Positions 32,178 through 39,772 of a stretch of 40,000 nt of DNA are shown here, piece by piece. The notes beneath the pieces are model-generated. The model had not been told where the DNA came from, did no database searches, and saw only the letters and a list, made by a program, of their open reading frames with translations. Within the stretch, counting starts at the first letter, position 1; each line of letters opens with the position of its first letter. Both the position numbers and the translations under genes were made by a program. Source of the DNA: an uncultured Candidatus Bathyarchaeia archaeon (GTDB lineage Archaea > Thermoproteota > Bathyarchaeia > Bathyarchaeales > Bathycorpusculaceae); contig CAYSWL010000006.1 in the NCBI GenBank assembly GCA_964434745.1, positions 6,700-46,699 on the forward strand, given 5' to 3'.

Positions 32178-32465
32178 CCAGCCTTGGTATTCTTGGTTTA
32201 ATTATTTAGTACTCCTTAAAGCTAACAGTTTATGGGATAATCAAATAAACACAAAAGAACAATACAATGTGCTACTACAGACATAACTTTTGGAAGTTCC
32301 TTTGCAACACACTTTATCACTAAAAGCTTAAATAAAGACACCAGATGAAAGAATGCATCTGATTTGAAAATAGCGTGGAAACAATCTTAATCATTATCTG
32401 AAAGGCAAATACACACCGTCAGTTATCAAATCCGAATACTCCATAACTAGCGAGTTATAATTTAA

Positions 32466-33314
32466 CTAATTATAATAAAGTGTTTGACGCCTTTTGAGAA
32501 TATGTACTGTTAACCCACTTATCAACACTAATACGACAATAATTGCAGCAATTAGCATATGTGAACCTTCAAACGGTGTACTATCATCTGCTGGAGTTAA
32601 CGTAGGATGAGATGGCAAAGGTGTTAAGCTTGTCGATATTGAGGGCAATAAAGACGAAGATAAATTGGGGGCAGTCGTTGGGCTTGGAGTTGCTATTGGG
32701 CTGGGGCTGTTTTGCGCATGTTGGCTGTATTGGTAGTTTAGGTGCATGTTTCCGTAGGTGTCATTTGTCGGCACATTTGGCATATGCCCATCATATCGAA
32801 ACTCTCCACGAGTATAGAGCGCATCAAAAAACCTAGTAGCGTTAATCTGGGCTTTAGAAACTATCTCAGAATTTAACTCATAAAATATGCGCTCACCATC
32901 AAAAGATAAACTAATAACGTTAGGCATTCGGCTTAGATTAAAAGTGTCGCTATGCACTATGCCTGATTTTCTAGAAGAAAATAAGACCGTAAAATTGCCT
33001 TTTTCGGCAGAGATTTGAAATCCTGAATTGTCTGGTTCATGGGAGTAATTTCCTGAAACTATGAAAGGCGGGTCGCTTTGGTAATAGAAGCAAAACAGCA
33101 TAAAGAAGTCTCGGTCAGTAGGATAGGCAACTGAGCTAATATCTATGGTAACTGAGGTTACATTTGAGCTTAAGCTGTAAGTTTTTAACTCGTTATAAAA
33201 GAACTGCTCAATGCTAAGCGAAGAAGGGTTAACAACCGCACCAGCAATAGGCATAGCAAGCAACAGTGCAATTAGACAAACAGAAGCTATAGCTAAAGTA
33301 ACAGATTTATCCAT
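32466..33314 (-). CDS. membrane-anchored surface protein with Pro/Ser/Thr-rich stalk (casposon cargo)
   Basis: It has a signal peptide MDKSVTLAIASVCLIALLLAMPIAGA, many N-x-S/T sequons, a PSPIATPSPTTAPNLSSSLLPSISTSLTPLPSHPTLTP linker and a C-terminal TM helix followed by KRRQ. An alternative TTG start lies at 33326. Confidence 0.6.
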   Translation of the reverse strand: MDKSVTLAIASVCLIALLLAMPIAGAVVNPSSLSIEQFFYNELKTYSLSSNVTSVTIDISSVAYPTDRDFFMLFCFYYQSDPPFIVSGNYSHEPDNSGFQISAEKGNFTVLFSSRKSGIVHSDTFNLSRMPNVISLSFDGERIFYELNSEIVSKAQINATRFFDALYTRGEFRYDGHMPNVPTNDTYGNMHLNYQYSQHAQNSPSPIATPSPTTAPNLSSSLLPSISTSLTPLPSHPTLTPADDSTPFEGSHMLIAAIIVVLVLISGLTVHILKRRQTLYYN

Positions 33315-33430
33315 CCTGCTCACCAATCACTAAAGACACTAACAAAGCTACTTTTTATATGTACCTAGAAAACAACCTGTTCTGGCAAAAGAACGCCAAA
33401 AAGCAGCTTAACAGGTTAGTATGCATTACC

Positions 33431-33487
33431 TTGTCAGAGTGATCCACCTACTATAAAAGTCGCCCTGAAAGCAGAGTTACCTTTCAA
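33431..33487 (+). repeat. internal copy of a ~58-bp sequence also found just outside the right TIR
   Basis: ttgtcagagtgatccacct...ccctgaaagcagagttacctttca aligns by hand with 38311..38368 at about 46 of 58 positions, with one 1-nt indel. Confidence 0.7.
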
Positions 33488-33490
33488 GGC
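33462..33490 (-). terminator. stem-loop immediately downstream of polB (candidate terminator)
   Basis: A 10-bp stem (GCCCTGAAAG / CTTTCAAGGC, one mismatch) with a 9-nt loop. On the minus strand it is followed by ACTTTTAT, and it begins 8 nt after the polB stop. Confidence 0.35.
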
Positions 33491-33497
33491 GCCTAAA

Positions 33498-35390
33498 TTA
33501 TAGTAAGGTTGTATTTTGGCATTGCTGAGCTTTAATGTACGGGTCGCTTAGTTTTTGCCAATCTACATTCAGGGTTCTTTTTTGAAGCTCCATAACGCGC
33601 GGCTGCTTGTGCTGACGTATGGCTTCGCCAATTTTTACCATGTGCCGCGCTTCGTAGGTGAACTTATTTTCTGCAATCATTTCCAGCAGGGTATGAACAT
33701 TGCCTTGAAAACCATGTAATGCAAACTTGATAATGGCTTCGTCTTTGCCTACTTTCATTTTTGGCATTTCTTTAGCTAAGTAAGCGGGCAAATTGCCACA
33801 CTGCAAAATTTCATTTTGCCACTTAGGCGAAAACATCACATACACTTTTGGTCTTAACAGCAAAAGTAAGCCTTCAACTTCTTTTTTAAGCGCACCTAAC
33901 TCGGTACCTGTAGGAACACTCATTGTGGTCTTAAACGAATCCGTAGCGCAGTCAATGCCACTGTAGCGATGTAAATCTCTATGTAACATGGCACGGCCTT
34001 GGCTGGTAATCCATGCGCCCACATGAGGCAAATAAAGTCCGCCTGCACGATACCATTTTTCAATTTTAGCAACCCTGTGATTGGGTAAAACCTTAAAATC
34101 TTCAAGATTTTCACTTTCAGGGTCTAAAAGAGCCTGATAGGTTTTCCCATACAAGCTGTTAAGTGCTAATTTGGCTTGGGTATTTAGCGGCGAATTTTTA
34201 GGATACTTTTCTTTTTGCGCATAGAAGTGTTCAACGTAGGGTTTGAAGGGATTTTTCGATTCAGCATGCGGCACCCAAATATAGCCAAAAACTTTTGAGA
34301 GCTCCAACTCGTTGCAGCTAAGCGCCTCTTTTAACTCGCAGCTGCTTATAGGCACGTTAGAAATTTGCTCATCATTAGCGTAGTCCATTTTGCTTGTGCT
34401 TTTGATAATTATTGGATATGGGCATTGCTTTACATAACCGCTAATATAATAGAAACCTTCATGATCAGGGTCAAACCCATCAACAGGTTTCCATTCGCCT
34501 TTAGTTAAGCCTGGCAAATTAGCCATGCTGTATGGATAAAAGCTGTTGTAATCGTACATGGAAACGTTAGGAATTGGGATAGGGGTGTTAACGAAAACCT
34601 CCGCCCTGCCTCCATGTATGGTTGACTCGGCAAGTTTTCGTATGTGCTCTGGAATTTGTGGGATATTTTCTGTTAAGAAGCATTTTCTAAAAATTTTGCT
34701 GGCCAAATGAGGCGCAGAAACAGACAAAGTAACATCGTACTGCCAGTGCATATTAAGGATATATTTGGCTAACTCGTATTCGGCTTTGCTTTCATCAAAG
34801 CAGTAGCGATACAGCTCAGCCCATTCAGTTTTAGTTCTAGGCCTTTTTCCCTGCATAACACAGCTTGGGGGATTGCGTTTTTTGTATTTTAAATCCAAAG
34901 CTCTGCTTAGATCGTAGAGTTTTCCTCTAAGAAAGTTAGCACTATCGACCACTTTGATGGTGGCGTTGTTTTTAAGTGAAATTTGCGCAAACCAGCTTTT
35001 ATTAGTAAATAGCTTAATTTCTGCTATGGATTCTCGCGTTTCTGGGTCAGTCAGGTAGCGGAAAGTAGAGTTTTTGCGCAAAAAGAGCTCGTGTTCTACT
35101 TGGGTTAAGACTGCAGGTAAGTCAAAGGATAAGTTATGGCAAAAAAGTATGTGCGTATGCTTGTTGCTGTTACAATGCTTTAACAGGTAGCTAATGAACC
35201 TGTCCAGTACGGTATTTTTATCAACCTTAACGGTGCTAATGTGGTTGCCGTCGTTAAAGATTAGAAGATATGGCTCGCCGTAGTCTGTTTCAGTGTCGAA
35301 GGTGAAAAGCTTTATTCTTTGTGGAAAGCCGCGTTTTAAGGGTCTTATGCCATCGCGCAGGTATACAGGTAAAGCTACGTGTTTGTCCAT
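33498..35390 (-). CDS. polB: family B DNA polymerase (protein-primed type inferred)
   Basis: 630 aa with ExoI FDTETD, ExoII HNLSFDLPAV, a YCFDE ExoIII-like block, Pol motif A YDYNSFYPYSM, motif B KLALNSLYGK and motif C IDCATDSF. The compact size and casposon context suggest the pPolB type. Confidence 0.85.
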   Translation of the reverse strand: MDKHVALPVYLRDGIRPLKRGFPQRIKLFTFDTETDYGEPYLLIFNDGNHISTVKVDKNTVLDRFISYLLKHCNSNKHTHILFCHNLSFDLPAVLTQVEHELFLRKNSTFRYLTDPETRESIAEIKLFTNKSWFAQISLKNNATIKVVDSANFLRGKLYDLSRALDLKYKKRNPPSCVMQGKRPRTKTEWAELYRYCFDESKAEYELAKYILNMHWQYDVTLSVSAPHLASKIFRKCFLTENIPQIPEHIRKLAESTIHGGRAEVFVNTPIPIPNVSMYDYNSFYPYSMANLPGLTKGEWKPVDGFDPDHEGFYYISGYVKQCPYPIIIKSTSKMDYANDEQISNVPISSCELKEALSCNELELSKVFGYIWVPHAESKNPFKPYVEHFYAQKEKYPKNSPLNTQAKLALNSLYGKTYQALLDPESENLEDFKVLPNHRVAKIEKWYRAGGLYLPHVGAWITSQGRAMLHRDLHRYSGIDCATDSFKTTMSVPTGTELGALKKEVEGLLLLLRPKVYVMFSPKWQNEILQCGNLPAYLAKEMPKMKVGKDEAIIKFALHGFQGNVHTLLEMIAENKFTYEARHMVKIGEAIRQHKQPRVMELQKRTLNVDWQKLSDPYIKAQQCQNTTLL

Positions 35391-35396
35391 CTTTTT

Positions 35397-36080
35397 TTAT
35401 TCTCCTGTAGACGTAGATTTGCTTGGGGCTTTGGTTTTGAAGGCTTCAACTACTGGGGTGCCTGTTTGCATAAAAAAGTGCAGGGCAATGATGTCTATAA
35501 CTTCGATGTCTTTGTCTTGTAAGCTTAAGCTAAGCATATCTGAGATGTTTTCTGTGAAGAAGCGATAGATTTCTCTAAAGCTTACACCCTCTTCACGGTA
35601 ACTGTACTGGATAGGATATAAGAAAAATAGCTCTGATTCACGCCCTACATAATAAACAGTTACTGAGCTAAATCGGCCCTTTGGATTGGCCTGAATATCG
35701 CTGGCTACGCGGGTTTTTGGGTTTACGTATCGAGTGGGCGGGTAAGTGATGTTTTGGAAATGATAATGCTCATCGAGCTTGTCTATGTAGCGTCGGGTTG
35801 GAACCCATTCGTTTGGCTTTTTTAGCTTGGGTTTTGCTTTGATGCGCTTTTTAGGCCCGCGCCTGCGCTTACCCTTTAAGCCATATTGCGCTACGCGCCT
35901 GTTGACGGTGCGCGGCGAGACTTTAAAGTAAAATGCTATCCATTTGGTGGCTTTGCCTTGCCTAAGAAACTTTGCTAAAAGAGCCCTTGGTATATCGGTT
36001 TTTGTTGTTTTTTCTTTTGATTTTGTGTTTTTCTGCTCTGTCACAATTTTTCGCCTTAGTGGCATAATTAGCCAAAACAT
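35397..36080 (-). CDS. HTH-containing basic protein encoded directly upstream of polB (candidate regulator or terminal protein)
   Basis: 227 aa. The N-terminal KATKWIAFYFKVSPRTVNRRVAQYGL is a resolvase/IS-type HTH, followed by the highly basic KGKRRRGPKKRIKAKPKLKK. Its stop lies 6 nt before the polB start. Confidence 0.6.
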   Translation of the reverse strand: MFWLIMPLRRKIVTEQKNTKSKEKTTKTDIPRALLAKFLRQGKATKWIAFYFKVSPRTVNRRVAQYGLKGKRRRGPKKRIKAKPKLKKPNEWVPTRRYIDKLDEHYHFQNITYPPTRYVNPKTRVASDIQANPKGRFSSVTVYYVGRESELFFLYPIQYSYREEGVSFREIYRFFTENISDMLSLSLQDKDIEVIDIIALHFFMQTGTPVVEAFKTKAPSKSTSTGE

Positions 36081-36094
36081 TATTATGCCTTAAA

Positions 36095-36137
36095 GTCATA
36101 TGGGCATATGACATAAAACGCGTTTGGGGCATATGAC
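36095..36137. promoter_or_regulatory. operator-like repeats in the casposon divergent promoter: GTCATATG-GG-CATATGAC dyad plus a second GGGCATATGAC
   Basis: A perfect 8-bp inverted repeat lies at 36095..36112 and a direct repeat of GGGCATATGAC at 36102..36112 and 36127..36137. The whole is flanked symmetrically by CCTTAAAG (36088..36095) and CTTTAAGG (36146..36153). Confidence 0.5.
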
Positions 36138-36160
36138 CTAAACGGCTTTAAGGTGATACT

Positions 36161-36844
36161 TTGCCCAAAAAGATTGAAAACCCGCTAAGACAAGGTCTAC
36201 CATCACGAATCTACTACTACTCATTTGCGAAGCCCATAAACGGGAATAGTATAGCCAGAGCAGTCTACAAACCAAAAGGTAGACCCGAAACCGCAAAAAT
36301 ATATCCAACAGCCAAAAAGATGGTTGAGGGGGGCTTACTAACTGTAGCTGACAAAAAGTATCAATCAAGGCCAGAAAAACTCGTTGAAGAAATCAAAAAA
36401 GAGCTAACAGATAAGAAAATAACGCTAACCGATAGCGATAAGAAACGTGTATTGAAGCTCTTGCAGTGCAGGTTCTTTAAAGAAATCATAGCCTCCGAAA
36501 TCGAAAAAGAGCCAAAAAACCGCAAGCCTCAAGATATTGACGCAGCCCAGCAAATAAGCAGTATTCTTGCCATTACCTGCATTCCGATATATCAGCAGTT
36601 TAGGCAAGAAGAAAAGGAAATAGGAGCAATGTATGCGCATGAAAAAACCAAATTCATCGGCTATATAGACCAAGAGCCATTCAAAGAAACTACAACACAA
36701 GACCCTATAACGGAGTTTTTGTTTTATCTTCAGCCCAGGCTTGCTTCTAAGCTGGTGAGGCTGCTGCCAGCAGATTTGCCCCAAGTGTGGGATTCTTTTG
36801 AAGAAGTGTTAAAGAAAATTAGCACAGAGGCAAATAAGCCATGA
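36161..36844 (+). CDS. casposon hypothetical protein, possible N-terminal winged-helix domain, translationally coupled to cas1
   Basis: 227 aa with a TTG start. The N-terminal ~60 aa (SIARAVYKPKGRPETAKIYPTAKKMVEGGLL) resemble a wHTH. Its stop overlaps the cas1 start (ATGA). Confidence 0.5.
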   Translation: MPKKIENPLRQGLPSRIYYYSFAKPINGNSIARAVYKPKGRPETAKIYPTAKKMVEGGLLTVADKKYQSRPEKLVEEIKKELTDKKITLTDSDKKRVLKLLQCRFFKEIIASEIEKEPKNRKPQDIDAAQQISSILAITCIPIYQQFRQEEKEIGAMYAHEKTKFIGYIDQEPFKETTTQDPITEFLFYLQPRLASKLVRLLPADLPQVWDSFEEVLKKISTEANKP

Positions 36845-37887
36845 GCGTAGGTAAATTAATCGTTAAAGATTTTGGGCAAACTATCGGTGTTGATAGGGAT
36901 AATTTTGTAGTAAAATCTGATGGACAGGTTAAGAGCAAAATTCCATTCTACAAAGTAAATGAGATAGTTGTTGCCAGCAAAAATGCAATAACAACTGATG
37001 CTTTGCTTTGGGCAAGCATATACAATGTAGATGTGCTATTTGCCATGCACAATGGCAAGCCCTTAGCGTTCTTAAACTCAATGAAAGACAAAGCAAACGT
37101 CGAAGTCAGGTTAAACCAATTTCGCGCCTACGAAAGCTCCAAAGGATTAGAAATTGCTAAGTCTATTTTGCTTAAGAAAATTGACAACGAAGAAGCACTG
37201 CTAAAACACCTTGGGCTCAAATGCTACTCTGAATGCACTAAGCTGCCTTCGATAGAAACGATAGCAAACTTGAAAGCAGAAAAAATGACCCAGCAACTTA
37301 GGCTTAAATTACAAGTTGCTGAAGAAGCCTTTACCCGCCACTTTTACAAAGAAATCTTTCCTTTGTTCCCAAAATGGCTACAGGTAAGCAACCGCAAGGC
37401 AAGAAACGCCACCGAACCAATGAACAACCTTCTAAACATTAGCTACGAATTGCTGGAATGGAAAATCATCAAAGCGGCAGTAAAGTCAAAATTGGAGCCT
37501 GACCTTGGTTTCTTACATAGTCTCCAAAAGGGTAAGCCTTCATTGGTTTGTGATTTAACTGAACCTTTCAGACCTTATGTTATTAATTTCTTGTTGGGGC
37601 ATGCAAAGAAGCTTAAGCAAAAAGATTTTCGCAAAGCCTTCGTTAAAGATAGGTACCCAAGATACTTTCTCACACATGAAGCTACTTGGCAGCTAATTGA
37701 GAGCATTAACTTGCAGTTGTTTGAAGCTTATGTTCCACTGCAAAGAAACCGCAAGCATGGCAGGCGCATGCAATTTGAAACCTTCCTCGATGAATTTGTA
37801 AGCGAAGTAGCGCAATATATCAACAACACTAAACCGCTAATGCCAACAACTACTTTTCCCCAATATGCATTCTTTAGCACACGCTAA
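36841..37887 (+). CDS. cas1: Cas1 integrase (casposase)
   Basis: 348 aa with Cas1 hallmark blocks: AEEAFTRHFY (Glu), EPMNNLLNISYELL and GFLHSLQKGKPSLVCDLTEPFRP (His and Asp). No cas2, cas4 or CRISPR array is adjacent, and the gene ends ~80 bp from the right TIR. Confidence 0.9.
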   Translation: MSVGKLIVKDFGQTIGVDRDNFVVKSDGQVKSKIPFYKVNEIVVASKNAITTDALLWASIYNVDVLFAMHNGKPLAFLNSMKDKANVEVRLNQFRAYESSKGLEIAKSILLKKIDNEEALLKHLGLKCYSECTKLPSIETIANLKAEKMTQQLRLKLQVAEEAFTRHFYKEIFPLFPKWLQVSNRKARNATEPMNNLLNISYELLEWKIIKAAVKSKLEPDLGFLHSLQKGKPSLVCDLTEPFRPYVINFLLGHAKKLKQKDFRKAFVKDRYPRYFLTHEATWQLIESINLQLFEAYVPLQRNRKHGRRMQFETFLDEFVSEVAQYINNTKPLMPTTTFPQYAFFSTR

Positions 37888-37964
37888 CCCTCCGCCAATT
37901 TGGCTGCAGGCAATTTATGGGCATGCACACGCTAATGCATTTTTGATGTTGCAAATGAATGCAT

Positions 37965-38293
37965 ATTTGGGTTGCCTGGGTGCATTTTTTGGCTTTTTTC
38001 CATGGATTTTGCACGTTTTAGTGTACTTTCTTGTTATGTGTATGTGTGCATGTTTGGATGCATGCCAAAAACACTTCGGCGGTATGCCCGGGTGCATATG
38101 CCCATAGGCTTAAGTTTGATACATGCAATGGCGTTATCGGCCATGCGGGCTCACGTTACAAACTGTTTAAAATCTGCCCAAAAACAGCTTTCCCCACAAA
38201 AATAGCCCCAAATTAAGGCTTAAATAGTCACTTTGCCATGGAAAACAGGCTTATTCCCAACCCGCAGAGGAGCAAATGATAAAAAAATTAATG
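37965..38293. repeat. right terminal inverted repeat of the casposon
   Basis: Reverse complement of 28948..29276. The outer 313 bp are identical except for one position. Confidence 0.9.
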
Positions 38294-38310
38294 TCTAAAT
38301 TAAATAGGCT

Positions 38311-38368
38311 TTGCCAGAGTGACCCACCTGCCTCAATAAGTTACCCTGAAAGCAGAATTACCTCTCAG
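38311..38368 (+). repeat. flanking copy of the ~58-bp sequence repeated inside the casposon
   Basis: ttgccagagtgacccacct...ccctgaaagcagaattacctctcag begins 18 nt outside the right TIR and aligns with 33431..33487. Confidence 0.7.
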
Positions 38369-38771
38369 ACATGCGCTAAACATGTGCCCTTTAAAAAGGA
38401 AAGGGCGTCTTGGCGCCTATCTTCCAAGCCAATGACAAATTGGATAGGCAAGAGTCAGTTTGACAAGCAGCCTGCTAAAAAAATCACCACGAAAAAACAC
38501 TAAAACGAAAAACTCCTTTTCACTGTTCTTTTTTGAGAACGGCCGTTCCAAAAAGTAGCACAAGCATACTAATATATAGTAGGAGTTACGCATTTGGGTT
38601 GTGTTGATTGCAGAAATGTGTATATTTGTGTATTGAATAGGGGTGTTTTTTGCTGTTTATCAGTTAATTTTTAGCTCAATCATAATTAGATTATATGTCA
38701 ACTGCGTAACTCCTATATAGTATTAAATCAACCCTTAGACTATTAACAGGTAGAAGCCTGGGTGCGAACCT

Positions 38772-39347
38772 ATGAGCAAACAGAAATATATGATAATTCG
38801 TGCAGCCCTTATTGTTATAGCATTATCTTCCTTGATAGTTGCAGCAATATGCTTTATGTTCTCGCCTGCATATTTTTCACCTAATGATGTTAAACTTATT
38901 AATCCACATTACTTGGTTGGTTCTTCTGGCAATGAATCTAGAATTTTCTTGGTATCGGCAACGCCAAGTTATGGTACCTATCCTTTTCAAGATGCACACG
39001 GTTTACCTGGCAAACCTGACATCCACACTGGTGATCCATGCTTTATAATTAATGTTACTATTAGAAATGATTATACGCCTCAAAATCCGCTACCGTACTA
39101 CCAAGGGAGTGTTAAAGAAGTAGCTTTTATCTTTTTGACGGCAAAGCTCTATGACAGCAACGGCACAATAATTGAGACAACAAACGTAACCCCGCCATAT
39201 CCTTCCCCTTCACAATTTGGTGCCCCTCTAACAAGCGTGCCGTATGGAGAAGAATACTCGTTTAACATGTATTTGGCGACTGCTAACCAAAATGTTGATC
39301 ATTTCAGCATCGAAATGCTTTATTTAGGTTCTATACCACCACCCTAA
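38772..39347 (+). CDS. N-terminally anchored extracellular protein, function unknown
   Basis: 191 aa with one N-terminal TM helix (IIRAALIVIALSSLIVAAICFMF) followed by a beta-rich domain carrying N-x-S/T sequons. Confidence 0.55.
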   Translation: MSKQKYMIIRAALIVIALSSLIVAAICFMFSPAYFSPNDVKLINPHYLVGSSGNESRIFLVSATPSYGTYPFQDAHGLPGKPDIHTGDPCFIINVTIRNDYTPQNPLPYYQGSVKEVAFIFLTAKLYDSNGTIIETTNVTPPYPSPSQFGAPLTSVPYGEEYSFNMYLATANQNVDHFSIEMLYLGSIPPP

Positions 39348-39772
39348 AGACCATTGACAGAATAACAAACAACAAGACTCAAGCAAATTTTAGAATAAGA
39401 GCCACACTACCTTCCTGTTTGAAGCTGAAATGAAGGGTTCTCCAAAGAAAACATATTCCAGAGTTTAATAATGCGCCTTCGCTCGTTTCATTTCTCTTTG
39501 ACATATTTAGTTTCCGATAGAAGCGAAATTGCTCACGGTTTACGTTCATTTACACATTTTTCTTTAGTCATGTTATTCGACGTTCTTTAAAGTAAAGTGT
39601 ATTTATGTTATACAATATAGCGAAAATAGTTTTAATAGCAAAATTTTAAAAGCAATTCAAAACAAACAGCAATTCTGTGTTCTGACAAGTCTTTAGCTAA
39701 AGTTGCAGAACATTCTCACCTACAAGTCCAACTGAAGGACAAGAAATTAAACGTTAAAAGGGAGGTGAAACA

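Larger units (their letters stand above)
28948..38293. mobile_element. casposon (Cas1-dependent self-synthesizing transposon), family-1-like, with a surface-protein cargo module
   Basis: Near-perfect 313-bp terminal inverted repeats enclose a stand-alone cas1, a family B DNA polymerase, two HTH-type genes and three secreted-protein genes. No CRISPR array or cas2 is present. Confidence 0.85.

Noticed and set aside
32443-32458. Palindrome ATAACT-AGCG-AGTTAT inside the casposon, and TTGTTAT-N8-ATAACAA at 17113..17134, as further sites of the ATAAC-N3-GTTAT regulon.
   Set aside because: The half-site spacing or orientation differs from the two sulfur-gene sites, and the 5-mers ATAAC/GTTAT are expected to be frequent in AT-rich DNA. 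They are more likely terminator-type hairpins or chance.
36841-37887. Cas1 as part of a CRISPR-Cas adaptation module.
   Set aside because: No repeat-spacer array, cas2, cas4 or effector genes occur anywhere in the 40 kb. The gene sits inside long TIRs together with a PolB, which is the casposon context instead.
38276-38503. 75-aa ORF starting inside the end of the right TIR.
   Set aside because: The product is Lys/Ser-rich with no motif. The ORF begins within the repeat and runs across the 58-bp repeat and hairpins, so it is more likely non-coding flank.
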